DNA of 64,000 bases from Rhodospirillaceae bacterium (GCA_028822445.1 JAPKDQ010000009.1:6501-70500), one strand, 5' to 3'; counted from the first letter of the stretch, positions 55,477 through 64,000 are shown. The notes: a model not told the origin generated them from the sequence alone. Numbers and translations: made by a program.

Positions 55477-57363
55477 CTACCGCACTGAAGGAATTGCGTC
55501 TGGCTCTTTCTCTAGGGTCCATTGCCGCACCTGTCCATCAAAATACCCACCCGTGATTATGATGCTATCGTCCCGTGAGAAGAGGATGCTGTTTGCGGAT
55601 CCATTGTGGCCTAGGAGAGGCTCGCCGACCGTGTCGCCATTGGCAGACCAGACCCGTCCCGCGCCGTCATCGCCTGCTGATGCGAGGAGGGAACCATCGG
55701 AAGAAAAGGCTAACGCGCGGACCCAACCCCTGTGACCGGCCATATTACCCACGCGCGGTGTGCCATCAGAGCCCCATAGCCGAACCACGCCGTCGTCACC
55801 GCCGGTTGCGAAGATAGCACCATCCGGAGAATACGTGATTGTCCGAACGGTCCCCCCGTGCGCTGTCATAGATGATGCTTTTAATTCACCGTCGAACCGC
55901 CAGATTTTCATGGCACTGTCAGATCCACCGCTTAGGAAACTTCTTCCCGATGGCGACATGGCTAGTGCGCTTACTGCTTCTTTGTGCGCCTTGATTGGTC
56001 CGAGGACGAGTGCGCCATTCGAATCCCAGATTCTGATCGACCCTTGTTCATCTCCAGTCGCTACCATTCCGCCATCGGCCGAGAAGGTCACTGCTGTCAC
56101 TCTGCCATTATGGTCGTCCATGGTGAGAAGCGGAGAACCGTTGAGATTCCAAATACGCATAGTTCCGTCGTAGCTTGCGGTGGCAAACCGACCGCCATTC
56201 GGAGAGAACGCAATCGCTTCGACCCATGCGGTATGAACCAGGTTGGGTGACCCAATAGGGTGTCCGTCTGTGTTGTACAGTTGAAAACTGCCGTCGTCGC
56301 CAGCCACTGCGACCAAAGTGCCATCCGGAGAGATTGCGAGAGTGCGAAGCCATGGGTCATAAGCGCGCAAAGGTTCTCCGAGCGGTGACCCATCGATGTT
56401 CCAGAGCCTGACTGTGCCATCGTAGTAACCGCCGGTCGCAAAGAACTCGCCGCCGGATGAAAAGGCTAAAGCCTGAACTGACCCTGCATGTCCTCGCATG
56501 GATGGTTGACGTAGTGACCCATCAAGGTTGCGGAGTAAAACTGAGCCGTCATCACCGGCAGATGCCATAACGTCGCCTTTGGGGGCAAAGTCGACGACCC
56601 ATGCGCGATGTCCTGACAATGGGTTTGCCCGCGGCGTGCCGTTTAGGTTCCAGAGGCGAACGAGCCCGTCATCGCCCGCTGATGCAATAAAGTCTCCACG
56701 TGGAGAAAAGTTTACGGCTTCCACCCATCGCTCATGACCCAATAGTGGTCCGGCGAGAAGTTCGCCACGTGTATTCCAAAGCCTGATTGTGCCATCGATA
56801 CTCGATGATGCAATTTTTGTTCCGTCTGGTGAAAAGGAAACGGCTCGAACCCATTCCGTATGGCCGATGAAGGGCTTTCCGATTTGTTTACCGTCCAAAG
56901 ACCAGAGCCGCACCGTGCTGTCATACCCTGCAGAAGCAAGTTTTAATCCGTCGGGTGAGAAGTCGAGGTCCTGCACAGACCCGTCATGGCCTAAGAATGT
57001 ATCTCCCCGTTGGGTGCCGTCTCTATTCCAAAGAAAAATCTGGCCGCGGACCGTACTAGACGCAATCGTCTTTCCATCAGGCGAAATCGCAACTGCGACA
57101 GCTCCTGCATCTAGGTCGAGTTCTTTTGTAAATGCGCCGTCGTAAGACCAAACTGTAATGCTGCCATCAGATACATCAACGACTGCAAATCGATTGGGGT
57201 CTGTTGGGTCAAAGGTGAGGCGAACGGGAGTAAGTGGACCACCTTGCGCCTTGATGCGAATGTTTGCTTCTGATTTTAGCACATACGTTTGTGCGTGTGT
57301 CGGTGTCATCCAAAAAAGCAGCGCCGCTGCCAAACTTATTATAGCTAGGCTCTTTGTTTTCAT
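55477..57363 (-). CDS. Secreted WD40-repeat protein, 14 repeats (two predicted 7-bladed propellers)
   Basis: ATG 57363 gives signal peptide MKTKSLAIISLAAALLFWMTPTHAQ. 14 units of about 41-42 aa, each ending in a (V/I)R(L/I)W(N/S).(D/N)G-type strand (TVRLWSLDG, TIRLWNTRG, LVRLWNLNG, TVRLWNIDG ...) and containing GH...V..(L/V).FSPDG. Confidence 0.85.
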   Translation of the reverse strand: MKTKSLAIISLAAALLFWMTPTHAQTYVLKSEANIRIKAQGGPLTPVRLTFDPTDPNRFAVVDVSDGSITVWSYDGAFTKELDLDAGAVAVAISPDGKTIASSTVRGQIFLWNRDGTQRGDTFLGHDGSVQDLDFSPDGLKLASAGYDSTVRLWSLDGKQIGKPFIGHTEWVRAVSFSPDGTKIASSSIDGTIRLWNTRGELLAGPLLGHERWVEAVNFSPRGDFIASAGDDGLVRLWNLNGTPRANPLSGHRAWVVDFAPKGDVMASAGDDGSVLLRNLDGSLRQPSMRGHAGSVQALAFSSGGEFFATGGYYDGTVRLWNIDGSPLGEPLRAYDPWLRTLAISPDGTLVAVAGDDGSFQLYNTDGHPIGSPNLVHTAWVEAIAFSPNGGRFATASYDGTMRIWNLNGSPLLTMDDHNGRVTAVTFSADGGMVATGDEQGSIRIWDSNGALVLGPIKAHKEAVSALAMSPSGRSFLSGGSDSAMKIWRFDGELKASSMTAHGGTVRTITYSPDGAIFATGGDDGVVRLWGSDGTPRVGNMAGHRGWVRALAFSSDGSLLASAGDDGAGRVWSANGDTVGEPLLGHNGSANSILFSRDDSIIITGGYFDGQVRQWTLEKEPDAIPSVR

Positions 57364-57498
57364 CCTGTCTGCCTCATCATTCCACCCTATGGATCGCATA
57401 GTTTTTAGTCGTCACTAAGTATGGCGTCTTCATGGTACTTTCCGCTAGCCTTAGTGCACGGGAATTTCAATTACGCGACTATAAAGGAGTATGCTTCG

Positions 57499-58428
57499 AT
57501 GGCCGAAGAAAAAGAGAGTTTTGAGTTAGAAGGTCGGAACTCTGTCCGGGGCATACTAGCAATGCTCTTCGTAATCATTCTTGGCTTTGCAGCATCATAT
57601 TATTTGAGCCGCCCTTTGACCGAACAGGCGAGGGCGGATTGGAATGCTCAAGCAGATGAGGATGCAAAGGTGCTCGCATCTACGTTTACTGTTTTGCTTG
57701 ATCATGCCAACAGCCCTCTCCAAAGTCTCGCCACACTGTTTAACGGGTCAGGCCGTGTTGCTGCCGACGAGTTTGAAAATACGATTAAGTTCCTCAAAGG
57801 GCATCAGTCAGGAGCCTTTCCTGCATCGATGGGTTTCCTGACGAAGTCTCAACCACCCAGTTGCGGGACGGAAGATGGGTGTTGGATGGTTGCGTATTCG
57901 ACGGATACCAATGGTGTGTTGAGGCCGGGGTCCGATGCTTCGCGTTTTGGCCCGATGGTTGAGACCGTTGATACCGCGTTGGTTGATGAAAATACTCTGG
58001 TGGTCGGATCTGTTTTCCAGGGTGAGGATGGCAAGCCTTACTCATATTATGCAGTGACGATCCGCAACACGCGTCAGTTCGGCGTTGTGGTTAGTCTCAT
58101 CGACTACCAAAGCCTTGTTGAGCGTCTGTATGAAGAATGGATTCCCGAAGGTTTGTCTCTGCGCCTTGAAGCTTCGTTCTCAAACGGTGAGGAAATGTCT
58201 GACCCTTTGTTTATCGTCGGTTCATCAGATCCAGATGCAGGTGCTGTGAGGTCTGTCAGCGTTCCGGCGGAAATTGATGGCGCAAAATTTAATCTGGTCC
58301 TGGATGTGACGAATAAGTATGCCGACGGGCCCAAGCTTCTAGCCGGAACGTTTACTCTCTATGCTGGAATTTTCGCGACCCTCTTTTTGGTTATGCTCAT
58401 TCGATTGTTGTTTAGGGTTAGAGATTAA
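57499..58428 (+). CDS. Two-TM membrane protein with CHASE-like periplasmic domain and no output domain
   Basis: ATG 57499 preceded by AAGGAG. TM1 (GILAMLFVIILGFAASYYL), then an extracytoplasmic domain of about 250 aa whose layout resembles CHASE (..LLDHANSPLQSLATLFNGSGRVAADEFENTIKFL.., GVVVSLIDYQSLVERL), then TM2. The protein ends about 7 aa after TM2. Confidence 0.5.
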   Translation: MAEEKESFELEGRNSVRGILAMLFVIILGFAASYYLSRPLTEQARADWNAQADEDAKVLASTFTVLLDHANSPLQSLATLFNGSGRVAADEFENTIKFLKGHQSGAFPASMGFLTKSQPPSCGTEDGCWMVAYSTDTNGVLRPGSDASRFGPMVETVDTALVDENTLVVGSVFQGEDGKPYSYYAVTIRNTRQFGVVVSLIDYQSLVERLYEEWIPEGLSLRLEASFSNGEEMSDPLFIVGSSDPDAGAVRSVSVPAEIDGAKFNLVLDVTNKYADGPKLLAGTFTLYAGIFATLFLVMLIRLLFRVRD

Positions 58429-59243
58429 CCGCCCTCGGAAACCCTGGCAAACATCTGGGCTGTTTCTATGGGTAGAATAATCATTGAATCGTGCCCGCAG
58501 GGTAGTTCTTCATAACCCCACGTTGGGTCATCTCGGAATACTTGCAGGCGGGTCTCTTGAGTTTGCGAGAGCGGTGGTTTGTCAGAGCAGTATATAAAAG
58601 TACGGTCGATACCGTCCGAACCACCATTTAGTAGAGAGATCGGCTGCAGCCATGTGCCGAGTGGTTGTGGTGTGACGTTTTTGCGGAGCCAAGCCAACTC
58701 GCCTGCCATGTGGTCTGGAACACCAAAAGAGATGGGTTCTCTAGCATGGGCGAGATACCCATCTTCCAATGGTCCGAAATTTTTTTCAGCGATTTTCTTC
58801 GTCCCGCCGCGAAGCACGGTGTCGCCATCATTGGGGACGGTAGCATCCAAGAAAATGGCATGGGCGACACGATCCTTATGGGCGTCGCACACGCCACTGA
58901 TAATAACCCCGCCGTAGCTATGGCCAACGAGGACTATATTCTCGAGGTCTTCCCAAATCATCAGGTTGGCGATATCCGCTATGTGTGTATCCAAATTAAT
59001 CTCGGGAGAGATAAGGTGCTGTCGATCTCCTAAGCCGGTTAAGCTTGGTGTGAAGACCCTGTGTCCCTTATTCTGCAAGTGCTCGCGAACCATTTTCCAG
59101 CACCAGCCTCCATGCCAGGCGCCATGAACCAGCACGAATGTCTTTTTGCTGTGTTCTATTGCGCTCGATTTAGCAGGGGTGCCTAAGACGGATCCAAGAG
59201 CAAGCGCGACTGCTCCCTGTGCGGCTATTCTTCTAGAAATCAT
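58425..59243 (-). CDS. Exported alpha/beta hydrolase (methylesterase/hydroxynitrile-lyase-like subgroup)
   Basis: FVLVHGAWHGGWCWKMV and nucleophile elbow LVGHSYGG. ATG 59243 gives Tat-like MISRRIAAQGAVALALGS. Confidence 0.8.
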   Translation of the reverse strand: MISRRIAAQGAVALALGSVLGTPAKSSAIEHSKKTFVLVHGAWHGGWCWKMVREHLQNKGHRVFTPSLTGLGDRQHLISPEINLDTHIADIANLMIWEDLENIVLVGHSYGGVIISGVCDAHKDRVAHAIFLDATVPNDGDTVLRGGTKKIAEKNFGPLEDGYLAHAREPISFGVPDHMAGELAWLRKNVTPQPLGTWLQPISLLNGGSDGIDRTFIYCSDKPPLSQTQETRLQVFRDDPTWGYEELPCGHDSMIILPIETAQMFARVSEGG

Positions 59244-59345
59244 AGGGCCGTCTCCGTCATTAATTCTTATCAGTTTAAAATTATGCAACGATGTATGGAA
59301 TAGAAAAGAAATGGTCGCGATCAAGCGGTATTATTAAGAGGGCCC

Positions 59346-61088
59346 ATGTCTGAAAAATCTAATCGGCTGACAGGTGGCCAAGTTATTAGCCGAATTCTCA
59401 AAGGGTACGGCATTGAAACGGCCTTTGTGCTCGCCGGTGCCGCTCATTCGCATACGTTGTACGCTTTTCAAGATGACGGAATGACGGTGATCTCCGGGCG
59501 TCACGAAACCGGGACAGTCGGGGCTGCCGATGGCTATGCCCGAATCACAGGGAAACCAGGCATTGCCATGATCTCTGGCAAGCAGGGGATGCCCAATGCC
59601 ATGGGCGGTATTCAAACCGCGCGTATGGCCTGTTCACCTGTTGTTGTGTTCGCGTCCGTGTACGCGGACCCATCCCGAGAATCTTTGGGTGACGAGGGGG
59701 AAGACCCCTTGGAGATGGCTAAGCCGTACGCCAAGTGGTGTCGCGTTGTGCCGACCGTTGATCGACTCGCAGAATTTGTGCATGCGGCACTCCGTGCAGC
59801 CATGTCGGGTCGCCCAGGTGTTGCCGTCATCGGTGTGCCATTGAGTATTCAAAGCGCGATAGTCGATGGCGATGCGGCATTAGGTGTTCGTCCGCTGAGT
59901 ACGAATGGTTCTGAGGCTTCCGCAGACTCGATTGAAGCTGCAGTAGAGATGCTCTCTAACGCAAAACGTCCCTTAGTGCTGGTGGGCAGTGGAGCGGGAT
60001 TATCCAATGCCGGTTCAGCGCTTCGCTCCCTTGCCGAGACATATCGATTGCCAGTGCTGGGTCATGCGCTGGGTCGTGGTCTTGTTCCTGAAGACCATGT
60101 CCTGGGGTTTAGTTGGCCATTGGCTCAGGTTGCAGCAAAAGAGGCTGATGCGGTTCTTGTTGTTGGTATGAGGTTATCTCAACGCATTGGCTATGGATTA
60201 GCACCACGTTTTAATCCCAAGGCGAAAATTGCACAAATTGACCTTGTTGCAAACGAGTTCGGTCGCAATCGAGTGATTGATGTGCCGATGCTTGGTGACG
60301 CTGCACTGACGGTGAGCAAACTTAGTGAGGCGCTTTCGAAAGCTGGCAGCAGTGCTTTCGGCGATCCCACGTGGGTGAATGACGCCATGTCAGCGCGGTT
60401 AAAACGGATTGATGAGTTAGGCCGCAATGAAACCGGACTAATCCACCCTACACGTATTGGTCGAGACTTGATGGATGTCATGCCCGATAACGCTATTTTT
60501 GTTGGAGATGGGGCAGATGCATTGAACTGGATGTTTGGCGTTACCCGGGTGTCTGGTGATCGGTGCTACCTGGATCATTACCCTCTCGGCTCAATGGGCA
60601 TAGGTACTGCGCTTTCTATTGGGGCGGCGGCAGCCGAGCGGGAGCTGTCACGACAAGAGAATAGAGATGCACGCGAGGTTGTCCTCGTGACCGGCGATGG
60701 GTCTTTTGGATTCTACGCTAGCGAATGGAATGCCGCCACACTGGCTGGGTTGAAAGTGGTTTGTGTAATAGCTAACGATGGCGCTTGGGGAACAGAAAAA
60801 AATGGTCAGTTGGCCTCTACGGGTCGCAATGTGAATTGTGAACTTGGTCAGGCGAACTACGAACTCATCGGCCAAGCATTCGGCTGCTTCGGTGAATGCG
60901 TTGAGAATCCGAAAGATATTAAGCCTGCGTTGCAGAGAGCATTTGCAGCAAGCCGTACGACAATTATAAACATTCTGACGGACCCCGACGCGGGCCTAGA
61001 GCGTAAAAAGGACCCAAGATTGCAGATGATAACCTTCGAAGACTTGCCCTCGAGTCACAGAGCCCACTATTCACCAGAGGTCGCGTAA
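59346..61088 (+). CDS. Thiamine-diphosphate-dependent enzyme (acetolactate synthase / oxalyl-CoA decarboxylase-like)
   Basis: Three-domain length (580 aa). TPP motif GDGSFGFYASEWNAATLAGLKVVCVIANDGAWG. Confidence 0.9.
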   Translation: MSEKSNRLTGGQVISRILKGYGIETAFVLAGAAHSHTLYAFQDDGMTVISGRHETGTVGAADGYARITGKPGIAMISGKQGMPNAMGGIQTARMACSPVVVFASVYADPSRESLGDEGEDPLEMAKPYAKWCRVVPTVDRLAEFVHAALRAAMSGRPGVAVIGVPLSIQSAIVDGDAALGVRPLSTNGSEASADSIEAAVEMLSNAKRPLVLVGSGAGLSNAGSALRSLAETYRLPVLGHALGRGLVPEDHVLGFSWPLAQVAAKEADAVLVVGMRLSQRIGYGLAPRFNPKAKIAQIDLVANEFGRNRVIDVPMLGDAALTVSKLSEALSKAGSSAFGDPTWVNDAMSARLKRIDELGRNETGLIHPTRIGRDLMDVMPDNAIFVGDGADALNWMFGVTRVSGDRCYLDHYPLGSMGIGTALSIGAAAAERELSRQENRDAREVVLVTGDGSFGFYASEWNAATLAGLKVVCVIANDGAWGTEKNGQLASTGRNVNCELGQANYELIGQAFGCFGECVENPKDIKPALQRAFAASRTTIINILTDPDAGLERKKDPRLQMITFEDLPSSHRAHYSPEVA

Positions 61089-62606
61089 ATGCGGACCCTT
61101 ATAGCTTCTGTCATCGCCGCTATCTTTTTTGTTAGTGCCGCAATGAGCAACGCGCAGACTTTGCGCGTTGCTGTTTCTGCGTACCCACCGACGTTGGGAA
61201 ACCCGTTCACCGGGGTAAGCCAACCATCCGCTGAGTTGTGGTGGTCCATATACGATGGTCTAACCCGTTTCAACTGGACTGGCGGGCCAGCGCCTGCTCT
61301 AGCCTTGTCGTGGGAAAATACATCGCCCACGACCTGGGTATTTAAGCTCCGGCCCGGTGTTACATACCATTCTGGTAAGCCGTTTACGGCGCAGGATGTG
61401 GTTGATGTGCTTGCGCTGATGAAACGCAAGGATATGTCGAGGTATTTGATCCCCAACGAATTATCCTTGGTCTCAGGCAGTCGCGCGCTCGATGACTTGA
61501 CGGTCGAAATCAAAACTACGGAACCGGATGCCATTTTACCGAAACGTCTTTCGACTCTGATGATGGTCGACCCCGAACTATGGAATAAGATTGGTGCGGA
61601 TGGTTACACCCTTGCTCCGGTGGGGACGGGTCCGTTCAAACTGTCGACATTTGGGCGGGGCAACGCGGCTGCCGTTTTGGACGCGAACCCAACGTCATGG
61701 CGCGCCTCGAAAAATGTGCAGCGTGTCGAGTATAAATTAGTTGCCGATAAAACGTCGCGTATCCAGGCGCTCTTATCTGGACAAGTTGACCTGGTTACGG
61801 GCCTCCACGTTGATGATGTCACGGTCGTGGAAGGGCGGGGGTTCGGCGTGATTGTTCAGCCCAACCATCAGGTTAAATCTATCGCGCTTCCCAATGTTTT
61901 GCGGGAAGACCCTTACCCTCTGAACGATGCGCGTGTCCGGCGGGCTTTGAACTATGCAGTCGATAAAGAATCAATCGCGAAGTTTATCATGTTTGGCTAC
62001 GCCGATGTTGTGAGTCAGGGCGTGACGCAAAATACGATCGGATACAATCCAGACCTAAAGCCATTTTCCTACGACCCGGAACGTGCGAGGGCGCTTCTGG
62101 TTGAGGCGGGGTACCCCGATGGTTTTACGATGAAAATTGAAGTCGTAACTGACAGTACGACGCCGGATGGACTGATGTACCAACGCGTTGCGCAGGATTT
62201 AGAGGCCATTGGAATAGATGTCACGTTGCGTGCTATTCCCTATTCCGAGTACTCGCGCAAATATGCTCTGTCTGAGTGGGGGGATGCTGATGGGTTTCAC
62301 CTGGTGTGGAACAATGCCGCGTTCCAAGACCCTATTCGTCCAATCGAATATTTCTCTTGTATGAGAGCTAATCCCTTTTTCTGCGTGCCCGAGATGATCG
62401 ATACGATTAAGCAATCTAACGCGGAGATGAACCCGGAGAAACGCATTCTCTTGTTGCAAAATATTATGGCGGAGTATCATGAGTTAGCGCCGGCAATTTG
62501 GTTGACTAACGCGGTTTACACTACGGCGTATAGCGACCGTGTTGTGTCATTTGATTACCGACCCACGGGCACAGTGTTCGAAACGCTTATCATGAAGGAC
62601 GATTAA
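61089..62606 (+). CDS. ABC-type solute-binding protein, family 5, orphan
   Basis: Signal peptide and PVGTGPFKLSTF motif. The ATG abuts the TAA of the TPP enzyme (TAAATG). Paralogue of the two other SBP5 genes. Confidence 0.85.
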   Translation: MRTLIASVIAAIFFVSAAMSNAQTLRVAVSAYPPTLGNPFTGVSQPSAELWWSIYDGLTRFNWTGGPAPALALSWENTSPTTWVFKLRPGVTYHSGKPFTAQDVVDVLALMKRKDMSRYLIPNELSLVSGSRALDDLTVEIKTTEPDAILPKRLSTLMMVDPELWNKIGADGYTLAPVGTGPFKLSTFGRGNAAAVLDANPTSWRASKNVQRVEYKLVADKTSRIQALLSGQVDLVTGLHVDDVTVVEGRGFGVIVQPNHQVKSIALPNVLREDPYPLNDARVRRALNYAVDKESIAKFIMFGYADVVSQGVTQNTIGYNPDLKPFSYDPERARALLVEAGYPDGFTMKIEVVTDSTTPDGLMYQRVAQDLEAIGIDVTLRAIPYSEYSRKYALSEWGDADGFHLVWNNAAFQDPIRPIEYFSCMRANPFFCVPEMIDTIKQSNAEMNPEKRILLLQNIMAEYHELAPAIWLTNAVYTTAYSDRVVSFDYRPTGTVFETLIMKDD

Positions 62607-63054
62607 TCAATGCCGATGCCTGGCAAGCTTGGTCACGGTGGCCTTGCTATGCTGTTTTTAACCGTATTAACGGCCTACGATCCGGAGGGGGTTATTGCCT
62701 CGTGCTAGCTAGGTACGAAGTGCCCGTTTTTTTCGAGTGGACGGGGACGTGGTTGTTGGAATAATGGACTGTGTCTGCTGGGAAGTATTTACAAACGGTG
62801 GCGAGCTTATGTCGTTTTAGCGGCATTGGATCTTAAGTGAAGGCGGACTATCTGTCATGGATCAGGCCTTTGCGTTAACCGTAACCTTGTTTAAGGGCCG
62901 TTTAGATATGGGCCTGGCAGAGAATAAAGCGTTTCGATTAGGCAGGGGCCGAGCAAGCTAAGAACGCACAGCGAGCGCGAAAGCGCATGTCCTTTCCGGA
63001 ATGCTGCAACGAGCATACAGTAAGCTCGTATTATCGAATGCTTAAGGGGCTTCT

Positions 63055-64000
63055 ATGGCACGTATGTGGATCGGTCTGCTATCTGCTCTACCCATTTTAA
63101 TTGCTATTTTGGTTCCAGCCCTGGCGGTAGGCATTGCCGGGACAGGTTCGCTTGTTGGAACCGTAACGGCGGATCAATCGTTTGTTGCGGCGAAGGTGTA
63201 TGCGCAGCATCAGAGCAAGCCCATTCTTTTCATGGTGTATACGCAAGGGGGTAAATACCGGGCGCCTAATCTATTGCCCGGACGTTATGAGGTCACTGTG
63301 CGCAAGGTTGGCTTTTCTTCTGAGCCACAGATGATAACTATCGTATCAGAAGTGTCGGTGACGGGAGATTTTGTTCTCCAACCGGTTAAGAGAGACGTCA
63401 AGTATACTGGGTCGCGCACGTTAGAGACGTTGCACGATGAACCGTTGGTAGTGGCGACCTATGAGGAAATTTTTCCGCCTGGGCTGGGACGAGATATTCT
63501 CGAGGAATGGTGCATCGTCTGCCACGGCGTAAATTTCATTCCGCGCCAGCCTACCTTCCGAGAGGGCTGGGAAGCCCACATTGATTACATGACGGCTTCA
63601 TCAGCGTTTGGGCTGGAGGGCGCTGCGTCCATGATGCCGCCGGAAGCGTTAGCAAATGGAAAACGAGAACAGGTACTCAATTATCTGACCGAGAACTTTG
63701 GCGAAGATAAGCCGCCGCGTGCCGTGATGTCGCCCGGAGAAGCACCGCTAGATGAAGGTGCGCTCGGTAAAGCTATGTATATTGAATATCAGTTTAGCAA
63801 CACTGAAAAGCGACCGGGACGTTGGACCCAGGAGCCCCATTTCGACAAAGACGGACACGTATGGGTAACCGAGCGTGGCGTACCCAGCGGTATGACCATG
63901 CTTGATCCATGGACCGGTGATTATGTTGATTACGATAACCCGTCACCAAAGGGTTCACCCCATGGTGTGGTGATCGATAGCCTTGGCGATGTGTGGTGGG
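63055..64000 (+). CDS. Partial (3'-truncated by window) secreted protein: carboxypeptidase-regulatory-like domain + c-type haem motif + Vgb/beta-propeller-like region
   Basis: Not in the ORF track because it has no stop. Hand translation from ATG 63055 is open to the window end. Signal peptide MARMWIGLLSALPILIAILVPALA, then GSLVGTV...LLPGRYEVTVRKVGF (CarboxypepD_reg-like), then CIVCH at 63511-63525 (CXXCH), then GSPHGVVIDSLGDVWW (propeller-like). Confidence 0.65.
   Translation, partial: MARMWIGLLSALPILIAILVPALAVGIAGTGSLVGTVTADQSFVAAKVYAQHQSKPILFMVYTQGGKYRAPNLLPGRYEVTVRKVGFSSEPQMITIVSEVSVTGDFVLQPVKRDVKYTGSRTLETLHDEPLVVATYEEIFPPGLGRDILEEWCIVCHGVNFIPRQPTFREGWEAHIDYMTASSAFGLEGAASMMPPEALANGKREQVLNYLTENFGEDKPPRAVMSPGEAPLDEGALGKAMYIEYQFSNTEKRPGRWTQEPHFDKDGHVWVTERGVPSGMTMLDPWTGDYVDYDNPSPKGSPHGVVIDSLGDVWW

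Noticed and set aside
55477-57363. About 126-bp periodicity that could suggest a tandem repeat or CRISPR-like array
   Set aside because: The periodicity is at the protein level (WD40 units) inside one continuous ORF. The units are diverged at the DNA level and there is no repeat-spacer structure.
61067-61534. 155-aa minus-strand ORF spanning the TPP-enzyme/SBP5 junction
   Set aside because: Opposite two tightly abutting, well-supported plus-strand genes, with no recognisable domain.
63066-63254. 62-aa ORF from the track
   Set aside because: It is out of frame within the longer open-ended CDS starting at 63055, which has a signal peptide and recognisable domains.
1-64000. Window as a mobile genomic island or prophage
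   Set aside because: I could find no integrase, transposase, recombinase, phage structural gene, flanking tRNA or obvious long direct repeat. Only two small gene relics hint at past rearrangement.

Overview
Gene-dense bacterial chromosomal segment with about 58 protein-coding genes and roughly mid GC (judged by eye, not computed). I recognise no rRNA, tRNA, CRISPR array, transposase, integrase or phage gene. The content is many Sec/Tat-exported flavo-, molybdo- and Fe(II)/2OG-type enzymes, three MFS transporters, a TonB-dependent receptor, three family-5 solute-binding proteins (SBP5) and IclR/LysR regulators. It reads as a paralogue-rich catabolic/accessory region of a heterotrophic, possibly marine or aquatic, proteobacterium; that taxonomic guess is inference only. 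Main observations: (i) A two-gene cassette occurs twice (26606-28053 and 38596-40134): an atypical SAM-methyltransferase with a long N-terminal extension plus a ~115-aa protein of no family I recognise. Gene order is swapped between the copies, both pairs are tightly coupled, and both lie near PhyH-type dioxygenase genes. This is my best candidate for an undescribed system. (ii) A split NosR-like triad (FMN-binding protein, NapH-like polyferredoxin, ApbE) has no terminal reductase nearby. (iii) A fused E1 alpha-beta TPP dehydrogenase is followed by an 81-aa stand-alone lipoyl domain and a Tat-lipoprotein VOC enzyme, with no E2 core or E3. (iv) A signal-peptide-bearing 14-repeat WD40 protein lies divergent from a CHASE-like sensor that has no output domain. 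(v) Three paralogous SBP5 genes have no ABC permease or ATPase anywhere in the 64 kb. All calls rest on motif and architecture recognition by eye; no database search or computation was run. Several starts were moved from the ORF-track maximum to internal ATG/TTG/GTG codons where signal peptides, RBS-like sequences or neighbour overlaps supported it.
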